The position numbers were made by a program, and so were the translations under genes. The notes beneath the pieces were generated by a model that had not been told where the DNA came from, did not search any database, and was given only the letters and a program-made list of their open reading frames with translations. 64,000 bases of DNA from Candidatus Deferrimicrobiaceae bacterium. Its GTDB lineage: Bacteria > Desulfobacterota > Deferrimicrobia > Deferrimicrobiales > Deferrimicrobiaceae. The stretch is taken from the NCBI GenBank assembly GCA_963792415.1, contig CAWBVY010000007.1, positions 160,001-224,000 on the forward strand, in the 5' to 3' direction. This document shows, in pieces, positions 38,815 through 48,699 of the stretch. Every line of letters begins with the position of its first letter. The stretch's first letter is position 1.

Positions 38815-40827
38815 TTACCCCCGCACGACGACCCGGGCGTCCGCGATCGAAAGTCCCCGCGCGTGGACGATGACCGGGTTGAGGTCCATCTCCTCGATCT
38901 CCGGGTGCGACGCGAGGAACGCCGAGAGCTGCAGCAGGAGCCCCCGAAGGGCGTCGAGATCCCCGGCGGGCTTCCCGCGCAGCCCCGTGAGCGCCCTGTA
39001 CCCGCGGATCTCCCGGATCATTTCCATGGCGTCCTTCTCCGAGAGCGGCGCAACGCGGAACGAGACGTCCTTCATCACCTCGACGAAGATTCCCCCGAGA
39101 CCGAACATCACGGCGTGGCCGAACTGCGGATCCTTCGTCACGCCGACGATCACCTCGTTTCCGGCGGGCGCCATCGCGCAGACGAGCGCCCCTCCGGCCC
39201 GCGCGCCAAGCCTTTCTTCCGCGGCCCGGATCGCCCGGAACGCCGCGCGGACGCCGGCGTCGTCGGCCACGTCCAGGATGACGCCCCCGGCGTCGCTCTT
39301 GTGCGTGACGTCGGGTGAGTTCATCTTCACCGCGACGGGGAAGCCGACCCCGCGCGCCGCGGCGACCGCCTCGTCCTCGGTCCCCGCGCGCCGGAAGCGG
39401 GTCAACGGGAACCCGGCCCGGGCGAGGAACTCCATCGAATCGGCGGGGGTCATCGCCGTCCCCGCCGTCGCCTCCCCGTGCCCCGCCCCTTCCATCGAGA
39501 GCGGGAAGAGGTCGCGGTGGAACCGGACGTGGCACGAGAGGGCCTTCACGGCCCGCTCCGGCGTGGGGAAGACGGCGATCTTCCTCTCGTGGAACAGCAA
39601 CCGCTCCGCGCGCTCCACGTCGGCGCCGCCGAGGTAGGACACCAGCTCGCACCGGCCGGGGCGGATCACTTCGGAGGCTCCGGGGATCGGGTCCCCGAAG
39701 ATCGTCATCACCGCGTCGAACTCCCCCTCGGCCGCGTCGAGCACGTTCCGGTAGCGGGCGGCGTCGGTGTCCCCGGTGAGATCGAGGGGGTTCCCGACGA
39801 TGCAGTGGGAGGGGAGGATCTCCCGGAGCTTCCCGGTGAGTCCGGTGGAAAGCGGGGTGACGCGCAGCCCTTCCTCCTCGGCCACGTCGGTGGCGATGAT
39901 CGCGGACCCGCCGGAGCTCGTGACGATCAGCATTCGCGGACCCCTGGGGGGCGGGAGGTAGGCGAGGGCCTTCGCGAAATCGTACAGTTCCTCGAGCGTG
40001 CCGGCGCGGTGCACGCCGTTCTGGCGGAACACGGCGTCGTAGATCTCGTCGCGCCCCGCGAGCGACCGGGTGTGCGACTCCGCCGCCTTGCGTCCCCGCT
40101 CCGTCCTCCCGGCCTTGAAGATCACGATCGGCTTCGGGCAGGCGCGGACGGCGGAGAGGAACTTCGGGGCGTCCTTCACCCCTTCGATGTAGAGGGCGAT
40201 CACCTTCGTGTGCGGGTCCTCCGCGAAGAAGGCGATCAGGTCCGCCTCGTCGACGTCCGAGCGGTTCCCCATGCTGACGAATGCGGAGAACCCGAGCCGC
40301 TCCTCCGACGCCCAGTCGATCAGCGCGGCGCCGACGGTACCGCTCTGGGAGACGATCGCGATCTCCCCCCGCCGGGTGATCAGGGGCCACGAGGCGCACA
40401 CGCCGTGGTACGGGTAGTTCACGCCCTGGCAGTTGGGCCCGACGACGCGGATGCCCGCCTCCTGCGCCGCCTTCGTCATCTCCGCCTGGAGCGCCGCCCC
40501 CGGCTCGCCGGACTCGGCGAACCCCCCCGTGATCACGATCGCCGACTTCACCTTCCGCCCCCCCAGTTCCCGCATCGTCCCGGGGACGAGCTTCGCGGGG
40601 ATGATCACGACCGCGAGGTCGGTCCCCTCGGGGAGGTCGACGGCGGATTTGATGGAGGGGACGCCCAGGATCACCTCCCCCTTCGGGTTCACCGGGACGA
40701 TCTCGCCGGCGTAGCCGGCCTCCGTGATGTTGCGGAAGATCTGGAACCCCATCTTGTCGGGGTTCGAGGATGCGCCGATCACGGCGATCCGGGAGGGACG
40801 AAACAGGGGAGACAGGGGAGAGGTCAT
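38815..40827 (-). CDS. ADP-forming acyl-CoA synthetase (acetate-CoA ligase, fused CoA-binding and ATP-grasp domains)
   Basis: IAVIGAS, GPNCQG, SQSG, phospho-His SHT, NPLDLTGD, HKSDAGGV and DLNP. Confidence 0.92.
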   Translation of the reverse strand: MTSPLSPLFRPSRIAVIGASSNPDKMGFQIFRNITEAGYAGEIVPVNPKGEVILGVPSIKSAVDLPEGTDLAVVIIPAKLVPGTMRELGGRKVKSAIVITGGFAESGEPGAALQAEMTKAAQEAGIRVVGPNCQGVNYPYHGVCASWPLITRRGEIAIVSQSGTVGAALIDWASEERLGFSAFVSMGNRSDVDEADLIAFFAEDPHTKVIALYIEGVKDAPKFLSAVRACPKPIVIFKAGRTERGRKAAESHTRSLAGRDEIYDAVFRQNGVHRAGTLEELYDFAKALAYLPPPRGPRMLIVTSSGGSAIIATDVAEEEGLRVTPLSTGLTGKLREILPSHCIVGNPLDLTGDTDAARYRNVLDAAEGEFDAVMTIFGDPIPGASEVIRPGRCELVSYLGGADVERAERLLFHERKIAVFPTPERAVKALSCHVRFHRDLFPLSMEGAGHGEATAGTAMTPADSMEFLARAGFPLTRFRRAGTEDEAVAAARGVGFPVAVKMNSPDVTHKSDAGGVILDVADDAGVRAAFRAIRAAEERLGARAGGALVCAMAPAGNEVIVGVTKDPQFGHAVMFGLGGIFVEVMKDVSFRVAPLSEKDAMEMIREIRGYRALTGLRGKPAGDLDALRGLLLQLSAFLASHPEIEEMDLNPVIVHARGLSIADARVVVRG

Positions 40828-40844
40828 CCGCGCGCTCCTTTCGG

Positions 40845-42038
40845 TCAGTAGACGAGGCGGGCACGGATCGTGTTGGGGATCCGCCGGAGCCCCTCCACGA
40901 TCCCGAGGTCGCACCCCTGCGCCACGTCGATCAGCGCGTACCCCAGGCGGCCGCGCGTCTCGAGCCGCTGCCCGGCGATGTTGACGCCGTTCCGCGCGAA
41001 GAGGTCGTTGATCTGCGCCAGCATCCCGGGGAGGTTCTCATGGACGTGGGCGAACCGGTGGCGCTGGGGAGTCGAGGAGGGGGACAGGACCGGAAAGTTC
41101 ACGCTCGTGGACGTGCTTCCCGTCGACAGGTATTCGTTGAGTTGCGCCGCCACGAATCCCCCGATCCCCTGCTGCGCCTCCTCGGTCGAGCCGCCGATGT
41201 GGGGGGTCAGGATCACGTTCGGGAGCCCCTGAAGCGGCGAGGAGAAGGGGTCCTTGTTGGACCGGGGCTCCTCCGGGAATACATCCACCGCCGCGCCGCG
41301 GACCTTCCCGCCGCGCACGTTCCGCGCGAGCGCCTCCACGTCCACCACGAAGCCGCGGCTCAGGTTGAGGAAGATCACCCCGTCCTTCATCGCCGCGAAT
41401 TCCCGCTCCCCGACGAGCCCCCGGTTTTCCTCCCGTCCGTCGACGTGGATGGTGACGATGTCCGAGACCCGCAGAAGTTCCTCCAGGGAGCACTTCCGGG
41501 CGTTCCCCAGCGAAAGCTTCTCCACGAGGTCGTGATAGTGCACCTCCATCCCCATCGCTTCCGCGAGGATGGAGAGTTGGGAGCCGATGTTCCCGTACCC
41601 GACGATCCCGAGCTTCTTCCCGCGGATCTCGTGGAACCCCTCCGAGGACTTCCCCCAGACCCCCCGGTGGAGGTTTGCGCTGCCGCCGAACACGCCGCGA
41701 AGGAGAAGGATCATCTCGCCCAGGGCAAGTTCGACCACGCTGCGGGTGTTGCTGTAGGGGGCGTTGAAGACCGCCACCCCGCGCCGGCTGCACGCCTCGA
41801 TGTCGACCTGTTCCGTCCCGATGCAGAACGCGCCGATGGCCAGAAGGTCCGGGGCGCGCTCCAGAAGGTCGGCGGTCACGCGGGTTTTCGAGCGGATGCC
41901 GAGAACGGAGATGTCCCCGATCTCCTGGGCGAGCACCTTCCGGGGAGGGCTGTGCGGCACCCGTTCCACGGCATGCCCGGCCGCGGCGAATACCGCCCCC
42001 GCGTCGGGGTGGATGTTCTCCAGCAGGAGGATCTTCAT
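40845..42038 (-). CDS. serA: D-3-phosphoglycerate dehydrogenase with ACT domain
   Basis: GIRSKT, FCIGT, NTRSVVEL, GYGNIG, TPHIGGSTEEAQ; C-terminal HENLPG ACT domain. Confidence 0.93.
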   Translation of the reverse strand: MKILLLENIHPDAGAVFAAAGHAVERVPHSPPRKVLAQEIGDISVLGIRSKTRVTADLLERAPDLLAIGAFCIGTEQVDIEACSRRGVAVFNAPYSNTRSVVELALGEMILLLRGVFGGSANLHRGVWGKSSEGFHEIRGKKLGIVGYGNIGSQLSILAEAMGMEVHYHDLVEKLSLGNARKCSLEELLRVSDIVTIHVDGREENRGLVGEREFAAMKDGVIFLNLSRGFVVDVEALARNVRGGKVRGAAVDVFPEEPRSNKDPFSSPLQGLPNVILTPHIGGSTEEAQQGIGGFVAAQLNEYLSTGSTSTSVNFPVLSPSSTPQRHRFAHVHENLPGMLAQINDLFARNGVNIAGQRLETRGRLGYALIDVAQGCDLGIVEGLRRIPNTIRARLVY

Positions 42039-42060
42039 CGCATTCTCCGGTGCTCGCACG

Positions 42061-42948
42061 TCAGGACCGGCAGACGGGGCAGGAGGGGGATTCCCCTTGT
42101 TCCGCCCGGCGGCGGTCCTCCTCGTCCTGGTACTGCGGGACGTCGTGGCGGGGGGTCCGGTCGTCCCCTTCCGCGAACGCCTTCGCTTTCCACTCCTCGT
42201 CCTCCGACCAGCGGAAAGGAAGATCCTTCATGGAGCCCGGAGCCGTCATCGTCCCGAAGGAGGAGAGCGCCTCGACCAGGATCCGGCGCTGCAGTTCGGG
42301 TTCGTGCGGCTTGCCGGTCGTGAGCCCGAGGGGGAAGTCGAGGAACGCCGCGCGGGGAGGGTTCACCCCCCGCGTGATGTCCCGCGCGCTCGTCATGCAG
42401 AGCGTCGGGATCCCGGCGGCCTCCGCGTGCCTTGCGACCAGTCCCACGGACTGGTGGCAGACGGGTCAAACAGGTACCAGCAGGACCGCGTCGACGCCGT
42501 CCTCGAGGAACCGGGCGGTCAGCCGCGGGGCCAGATCCCCGGTGACGCGGCGGGAGGAGTAGATCCCTCCCATGAACGTGTGGAAACGGCTCGCCAGCCC
42601 CCCGAGGAACCCCTCCCGCACGAGGCGGCGCAGCGTGTCGATCGGGAAGACGACGTTCGGGTCCGTGCGCGCGTCGGACAAATCGTATGCGAAGTGGGTT
42701 GCGCGCAGTTCCTTCGTGTCGACGTCCGTCGGGATTTCGCGCAACGAGGTGTCATCCTTGTGGTGGAACGCCACCTGTCCGGCGACGTAGATCCCGCCCG
42801 AGGCGGCCAGGCCCAGCCGGCATTGCGAAAGGGGCTTTCGAAGCGGCGCCCACGGCGCGGTGTCCCGGTTGACCACCCAGTCGTACGCCTTGTACCCCAG
42901 CCGTGCGTAGTTGTCGCGGATCCTCGGAATGTAGTCGACGGGTCCCAT
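42061..42948 (-). CDS. Glycine/sarcosine/betaine reductase B or D-proline reductase PrdB-like selenoprotein (UxxC, Sec161)
   Basis: PLRKPLSQCRLGL, DPNVVFPID, DGVDAVLLVPV-U-PVCHQSVGLVAR...GIPT across TGA 42468-42466, then PPRA...FPLG. Confidence 0.9.
42437..42455 (-). promoter_or_regulatory. Candidate SECIS hairpin (GrdB/PrdB-like gene)
   Basis: Perfect 8-bp stem ACCAGTCC-GTG-GGACTGGT starting 10 nt after the TGA. Confidence 0.75.
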
Positions 42949-43002
42949 GATTCCCTCCGTGCCCTGGATTCTACCGCAGAACGGGTCGTCGCGAGGAGGG
43001 AG

Positions 43003-43045
43003 GGAAAAGGAAGGAGGGCGTCCGGGCCCGTGAGCCCGGGCGCCC
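43003..43045 (-). terminator. Probable intrinsic terminator after the usp gene
   Basis: GC-rich 12-bp stem at 43016-43045 followed by a pyrimidine-rich tail on the minus strand. Confidence 0.5.
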
Positions 43046-43060
43046 GGCGTGTCAGCGGGT

Positions 43061-43549
43061 CTACCTCGGGAGGCCGGCGAAGATGTCGCCCTCCTCGATG
43101 CGGGCGGCGTGGATCTTCTCCGGCTTGACCAGGAAGACCGGCCGCTTTGTGGTGTACACCACCCGTTCCGCCGTGCTTCCGAGAAGCGTCCGCGCGAGGG
43201 CCGTCCCGCCGTGGGTGCTCATCACGATGCAGTCGACGTCCTCCTTGTGGGCGACGGCGAGGATCTCGGCGTACGGCTCCCCGGAAGTGACCAGGACCCG
43301 GGATTTCACGGAGATCGCGGCGAGCCGCTTGGCGATCTTCTCGAGGTACTCCGTGGACCGGCCCGTAGCATCGGCGAACGCCTTCGACTCCTCGATCTGT
43401 CCGGCCTCCGGCGCCTTGGCGAGGGGAGGCGGGACGACCTTCAGGAGAAACACCTCGGCGTCGGACCGCTCCGCCATCTTCTCAACCTGCTCGATTGCCC
43501 GTTCCGCCAGGGCGGAACCATCCAGGGGCACCAGGATTTTCTTGAACAT
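43061..43549 (-). CDS. Universal stress protein (Usp)
   Basis: MFKKILVPLDGS, DCIVMSTHG, LLGSTAERVV and PVFLV. Confidence 0.93.
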   Translation of the reverse strand: MFKKILVPLDGSALAERAIEQVEKMAERSDAEVFLLKVVPPPLAKAPEAGQIEESKAFADATGRSTEYLEKIAKRLAAISVKSRVLVTSGEPYAEILAVAHKEDVDCIVMSTHGGTALARTLLGSTAERVVYTTKRPVFLVKPEKIHAARIEEGDIFAGLPR

Positions 43550-43626
43550 GCCGCGCCTCCTTTCGGTGGAAATCTTCCTTCCGGTTGACGGACCGACGGG
43601 ACGGGGGATCGCATGAGGGAACCGCA

Positions 43627-43689
43627 TGCCGGGGGTGCGGCGAAGGTGGAAGGGTTCATCGGTGAAAGGGTCATGGCGCACCCCCGGCA
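43627..43689. repeat. 13-bp perfect inverted repeat enclosing a tandem near-repeat, in the usp leader
   Basis: TGCCGGGGGTGCG (43627-43639) and CGCACCCCCGGCA (43677-43689); the loop contains GGTGGAAGGGTTCAT and GGTGAAAGGGTCAT. Confidence 0.7.
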
Positions 43690-43707
43690 CGGCGTCGTGC
43701 TGCATAC

Positions 43708-43735
43708 AGTATACAGGAAGGCGCCGGGGCGTCAA
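43708..43735 (-). promoter_or_regulatory. Sigma70-like promoter for usp
   Basis: TTGACG-16 nt-TATACT. Confidence 0.5.
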
Positions 43736-43801
43736 CCGGAGTTCGAGCCGGGCCGCATTCTGTCATTGCCCGATCCCGTGACATCAGCGTAAACTGACAA
43801 A

Positions 43802-45031
43802 ATGACTCATAACCCCAGAAATTCGAGGGAATTTGTCACCCTTGCCTTGCTCGGCGCCATGCTGCTCGCCGTTTCCTGCGGTGCCTGCGGAAAGGACACG
43901 ACGTCGGCGCGCGCCGCGGGGGCCGCCAAGGCCCAGGAACCGCGGTCGGTGCGCGTCGTCGTCGCGGAGGTCGGTCGGCTGCCGCGGACGGTGACCGTCA
44001 CCGGGACGCTCGCCGCCGATGAAGAGGTCGTCGCGGGGTTCAAGGTCGCCGGCCGGGTGAGCGAGATCGCGGTCGACCTGGGCAGTCCGGTGCGGAAGGG
44101 GCAGGTCCTCGCCCGACTCGACCCGACGGATTTCCGTCTCCGCGTGGAGCAGGCCGAAGCCGCCCTCCGCCAGGTGCGCGCCGGGCTGGGGCTCCCGAGG
44201 GACGGTTCGGTCGAAAGCGTCGATCCCGAGAAGACCGCGCTGGTGCGCGAGGCCCGGGCGGTGCTCGAGGAGGCGCGCCTGAACCGGGATCGCACGGCGC
44301 AGCTCTGGGAAAAGAATTACATCGCCCGGTCCGAGGCCGACGCTTCCGTGTCCAGGCTCCTGGTCGCCGAGAGCCGCTACCAGGCCGCCCTGGAGGAGAT
44401 CCGGAACCGTCAGGAGCTGCTTGCCGAGCGGAGCTCCGGCCTCGCGCTGGCCCGCCAGCAGCTGGCCGATACGGTGCTGAGCGCGCCGATCGACGGGGCC
44501 GTGCGGGAACGCAAGGCTTCGGTGGGCGAATACCTGGCGGCCGGCGCTCCGGTGTTCGGCCTGGTCCGGGTTCACCCGCTCCGGCTTCGGGTGGCCGTTC
44601 CCGAGCGGGACGCACCCTCCGTGCGGGTCGGGCAGGCGGTCCGGGTCCTGCTCGAGGGGGACCCCGCGGTGCACGCCGGTCGCGTGGCCCGCCTCAGTCC
44701 GTCCATCCAGGAGCAGAACCGCACCCTGATCGTCGAGGCCGAGGTGGCGAACCGCGACGGCAGGCTCCGCCCCGGCTCGTTCGCGCGCGCCGAGATCGTG
44801 GTCGAGGCCGACCGCACCGCCGTCATGGTTCCGGTTTCGGCGGTGGTGACCTTCGCCGGCCTCGAGAAGGTGTTCGTCGCGAAGGACGGGAAGGCCGTGG
44901 AACAGCGGATCCGGACCGGCCGCCGTTCCGGCGATCGGGTCGAGATCCTCGAAGGGATCGCCGCGGGCGAGCCGGTCGTGACCGACCCCGGCAACCTGGT
45001 CGGCGGGATGCCTGTCACCGTGACCCGGTAG
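43802..45031 (+). CDS. RND membrane fusion protein
   Basis: VTGTL, VAGRVSEIAVDLGSPVRKGQVLARLD, LSAPIDG and LRPGSFAR. Confidence 0.9.
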   Translation: MTHNPRNSREFVTLALLGAMLLAVSCGACGKDTTSARAAGAAKAQEPRSVRVVVAEVGRLPRTVTVTGTLAADEEVVAGFKVAGRVSEIAVDLGSPVRKGQVLARLDPTDFRLRVEQAEAALRQVRAGLGLPRDGSVESVDPEKTALVREARAVLEEARLNRDRTAQLWEKNYIARSEADASVSRLLVAESRYQAALEEIRNRQELLAERSSGLALARQQLADTVLSAPIDGAVRERKASVGEYLAAGAPVFGLVRVHPLRLRVAVPERDAPSVRVGQAVRVLLEGDPAVHAGRVARLSPSIQEQNRTLIVEAEVANRDGRLRPGSFARAEIVVEADRTAVMVPVSAVVTFAGLEKVFVAKDGKAVEQRIRTGRRSGDRVEILEGIAAGEPVVTDPGNLVGGMPVTVTR

Positions 45032-45038
45032 CCCGTTC

Positions 45039-48000
45039 TTGCAGAAGCTCGCCGAAATCTGCATCCGCCGCCCGGTCTTCGCGGCGATGCTCATCCTGGC
45101 GCTGGTGGTCGTCGGCGGGACCAGCTACCTCCGCCTCGGCGTCGACCGGTTCCCCTCGGTCGACCTGCCCACCGTCTCGATCCGGACCCAGCTCCCCGGC
45201 GCCTCCGCGGAAGAGGTGGAAAGCGAGCTCTCCAAGCGGATCGAGGAAGTGGTCAACACCGTCGAGGGGATCGACGAGCTGCGGTCGATCTCGGGGCCGG
45301 GCTCCTCCGTCGTGATCGTCACCTTCAACCTGAAAAGGGACATCGACACGGCGGCCCAGGACGTCCGGGATCGCGTCGCCACCATCCTCAAGGACCTGCC
45401 GAAGGACGCGACGCCGCCCCTGGTATCGAAGTTCGACAACGACCAGCAGCCGGTCCTTACGGTGGCCCTGGCCGGCGACCGTCCCCTCCGCGAGCTGACC
45501 GAGCTGGCGGACAAGGTGGTGAAGATCCGCCTCGAGCGGTCCGCGGGCGTGGGCGAGGTGCGGATCATCGGCGGTTTGGAGCGCGCGGTCAACGTCTGGG
45601 TCGAGGCGGACCGGCTGGCCGCCTTCGGCATCCCCATCACCGATGTGCGCGACGCCATCGTCCGTCAGAATGCCGACGCGGCCGGGGGGAACGTGACCCT
45701 GGGAGCGCGGGAGTCGACGCTCCGGACGATCGGCCGCCTGGCCGACCCTCGCGCCTTCGACGACCTGGTGGTCGCCACGATCGGCGGGGCGTCCGTCCGC
45801 ATCCGGGACATCGGGCGCGTGGAGGACGGGACCCGGGAGCAGCGCTCCACCGCCCGGTTGAACGGCGTCCCCACGGTGATCCTCGAGGTGCGGCGCCAGT
45901 CGGGGGCCAACACCGTCGCCGTCATCGAGGACGCCAAACGCGGCCTCGCCACCGCCGCCGCGGAGCTCCCCGCCGGGGTCGGCATCACGGTGGTCCAGGA
46001 CCAGTCCCGTTACATCTACTCCGCTCTGCACGAGATCAACGTGCACCTGATCCTCGGGAGCATCCTGGCCTCCCTGGTCGTCTTCGCCTTCATGCGGAGC
46101 TGGCGGTCGACCGTGATCGCCGCGGTCGCCATCCCGGCGTCGGTGATCTCCACCTTCGGGATGATGTGGGCTCTCCACTTCACGCTGAACAGCGTGACGA
46201 TGCTCGCCCTCGTCCTGATGGTCGGGATCGTGATCGACGACGCGATCGTCGTCCTGGAGAACATCTTCCGGTTCGTCGAGGAGAAGGGGATGCCGCCGTT
46301 CGAGGCCGCGCGGGCCGCCACGGCCGACATCGGGCTGGCGGTGATGGCGACGACCTTTTCGCTGGTGGTCATCTTCATCCCGGTGTCGTTCATGTCGAGC
46401 GTCTCCGGCCGCTTCCTCTACCAGTTCGGCATCACCGCGGCCGTCGCGGTCCTCGTGAGCCTGCTCGTCTCCTTCACCCTGACCCCCATGATGAGCGCCC
46501 GTCTGCTGGGGGGCGACGCGGGGCGGACGCAGGGCGCGCCGAAGTCCCGGGGCGGTTTCTATCGGCGGCTCGACGCCGGATACGAGCGGCTGCTTTCGTA
46601 TTCCCTCCGCCACCGGGGGGCCGTGGCGCTGGTCTCGCTGGCCGTCATGCTTTCGGCCGTTCCCCTGTACGGCCTGATCCGCCTGGACTACCTCCCCGCG
46701 AACGCGGACGAGGGGGAGTTCGACGTGAGGGTGAGCGCCCCCCAAGGTACGAGCCTGGCCGGCATGGACGGGATCATGAACGACATCGTCGCGGAGGTCC
46801 GGGCCGTTCCCGGAGTGCGGATGGTGCTCTCGACCGCGGGGGGCGGGTGGATCGGCGGGGTGAGCGAGGGGAGGGCGTACGTCCAGCTCGCGCCGCACGG
46901 GGAGCGCATCTTCTCGCTCTCCCGGCTGCTGGCGAGCACCGCGGGGGGGAACCCCCTGGCGGCGTTTCGCGGGAACCGCTCCCAGCTTGAAGTGATGCAG
47001 GAGGTGCGCCGGAGACTCCGCAAGTATCGCGATCTCCGCGTCTCGGTCCGGAATCCCACCGGATTCAACATCGGCGGCGGATCCTTCGAAATCGACTTCG
47101 TCCTCAAGGGACCCGACCTCAAGGCGCTGTCGACGTACGCGGAGAACCTGCGGGACCGCCAGGAATCCCTCGGGATCCTCGACGCCGACACGACGCTGAA
47201 GCTCGACAAGCCCGAGCTGCGGGTCGAGATCGACCGCGCCCGCGCCGCGGACCTTCGCGTCGACCCGGAGCGGATCGGCACGGCGGTCCGGCTCCTGGTT
47301 GGCGGGGACGAGGAGGTCTCCCGGTTCAAGGATCCGTCCAACAACGAGGACTACAAGGTCGCGCTCCGGCTCCGCGAGGAGGACCGGGCCGACCCCGGGA
47401 CGATCGGGAGGCTCCTGGTCCCGCGGGAGGGCGGGGGGGTGGCGCAGCTCGACAGCGTGGCGCGGATCGAGCGGGTCCCGAGCGCTTCGAGGATCGACCG
47501 TCTCGACCGGCAGCGCGAGGTTCGCCTCCGGGCCTCGGTGGCTCCCGGGTTCGCGCTGGCCGACCGGCTGGAGGCGCTTCGCGCCGCGGTGGCCTCGATG
47601 AACCTGCCCGCCGCCTACACGACGCGCGTTTCCGGGCGGGGGCGGGAGCTCGAGCGGACGTTCGGCGAGTTCGCCTGGGCCTTCGCCCTGTCGATCGTCT
47701 TCATGTACATGATCCTCGCCTCGCAGTTCGAGAACCTCGTCCACCCCTTCACCATCCTGCTCTCCATCCCGCTCTGCGTCCCCTTCGCGCTTCTCTCGAT
47801 CTGGATCACGGGGAACACCCTGAACCTCTACTCGGCGCTCGGGATCCTCGTCCTGTTCGGCGTGGTCAAGAAAAACGCCATCCTCCAGATCGACCACATG
47901 AACAGCCTGCGGGAGGGGGGGATGGACCGGGCGTCGGCGATCCTCCAGGGGAACCGGGACCGGCTTCGGCCGATCCTCATGACGACGCTCACGTTCGTGG

Positions 48001-48215
48001 CCGGAATGCTCCCGCTGGCGGTAGGCTCCGGCCCGGGCGCCTCGGAGCGCCGCGTGATCGCCATCGTCGTCATCGGCGGCCAGACGCTCTCGCTCCTGCT
48101 CACGCTGCTCGCGACGCCGGTCGTCTACTCGCTGCTGGACGACCTGGCCTTCGCGTTCCAGCAGCGCAAGGGGTTTGCCTTCCGTTCATTATTCTGGTGG
48201 AATGAGCCGAAATAA
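45039..48215 (+). CDS. RND efflux permease (AcrB/AcrD/AcrF family)
   Basis: IRRPVFA, GIVIDDAIVVLENI, GVVKKNAIL and RLRPILMTT; TTG start. Confidence 0.93.
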   Translation: MQKLAEICIRRPVFAAMLILALVVVGGTSYLRLGVDRFPSVDLPTVSIRTQLPGASAEEVESELSKRIEEVVNTVEGIDELRSISGPGSSVVIVTFNLKRDIDTAAQDVRDRVATILKDLPKDATPPLVSKFDNDQQPVLTVALAGDRPLRELTELADKVVKIRLERSAGVGEVRIIGGLERAVNVWVEADRLAAFGIPITDVRDAIVRQNADAAGGNVTLGARESTLRTIGRLADPRAFDDLVVATIGGASVRIRDIGRVEDGTREQRSTARLNGVPTVILEVRRQSGANTVAVIEDAKRGLATAAAELPAGVGITVVQDQSRYIYSALHEINVHLILGSILASLVVFAFMRSWRSTVIAAVAIPASVISTFGMMWALHFTLNSVTMLALVLMVGIVIDDAIVVLENIFRFVEEKGMPPFEAARAATADIGLAVMATTFSLVVIFIPVSFMSSVSGRFLYQFGITAAVAVLVSLLVSFTLTPMMSARLLGGDAGRTQGAPKSRGGFYRRLDAGYERLLSYSLRHRGAVALVSLAVMLSAVPLYGLIRLDYLPANADEGEFDVRVSAPQGTSLAGMDGIMNDIVAEVRAVPGVRMVLSTAGGGWIGGVSEGRAYVQLAPHGERIFSLSRLLASTAGGNPLAAFRGNRSQLEVMQEVRRRLRKYRDLRVSVRNPTGFNIGGGSFEIDFVLKGPDLKALSTYAENLRDRQESLGILDADTTLKLDKPELRVEIDRARAADLRVDPERIGTAVRLLVGGDEEVSRFKDPSNNEDYKVALRLREEDRADPGTIGRLLVPREGGGVAQLDSVARIERVPSASRIDRLDRQREVRLRASVAPGFALADRLEALRAAVASMNLPAAYTTRVSGRGRELERTFGEFAWAFALSIVFMYMILASQFENLVHPFTILLSIPLCVPFALLSIWITGNTLNLYSALGILVLFGVVKKNAILQIDHMNSLREGGMDRASAILQGNRDRLRPILMTTLTFVAGMLPLAVGSGPGASERRVIAIVVIGGQTLSLLLTLLATPVVYSLLDDLAFAFQQRKGFAFRSLFWWNEPK

Positions 48216-48247
48216 TCCGCCTAGAACCGAAGGACCGGGGGGACCCC

Positions 48248-48652
48248 ATGGATCCATCGAAAATCGTCGCCCGGTATCGCGACGGGAGAGCCTTGAAAGG
48301 CACCACGCAGAACTTCTTTCCCAACAAGCCGGCGTTCCACGTCAACCGCCATGGCGGGACCGGCCCCGGCGACCTCGTCGAGGTGAACCTCGAGGACCTG
48401 AAGGCGATCTTCTTCGTACGGGATTTCGCGGGGAACCCGAAGCATGTCGAAAGAAAGAAACTGGCCCCGGGAGACCGGCCGCAGGGCCGGTTGATGGAGG
48501 TCACCTGCAAGGACGGGGAGGTGATCGTGGGGACGACGACCGGGTACGACCCGAAGCGTCCCGGGTTTTTCCTCTTCCCGATCGACCCGACGTCCAACAA
48601 CGCGCGGGTCTACGTGGTGGCCAGCGTCGTCCGGACCGCCCGGTTCCTCTGA
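48248..48652 (+). CDS. Conserved hypothetical protein (DUF6982-like)
   Basis: KIVARYRDG..LKG, LKAIFFVRDF and GFFLFP.D..SNN.RVY pattern recalled from deltaproteobacterial hypothetical proteins. Confidence 0.65.
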   Translation: MDPSKIVARYRDGRALKGTTQNFFPNKPAFHVNRHGGTGPGDLVEVNLEDLKAIFFVRDFAGNPKHVERKKLAPGDRPQGRLMEVTCKDGEVIVGTTTGYDPKRPGFFLFPIDPTSNNARVYVVASVVRTARFL

Positions 48653-48699
48653 AAAAGCGATTAGCCGTCTCGTTGTGCTCCATGAACCTCGGGGTGAAT

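Noticed and set aside
43697-43716. LexA SOS box (CTGTATACTGTATGCAG on the minus strand)
   Set aside because: Spacing does not fit CTGT-N8-ACAG, and it overlaps the predicted -10 box
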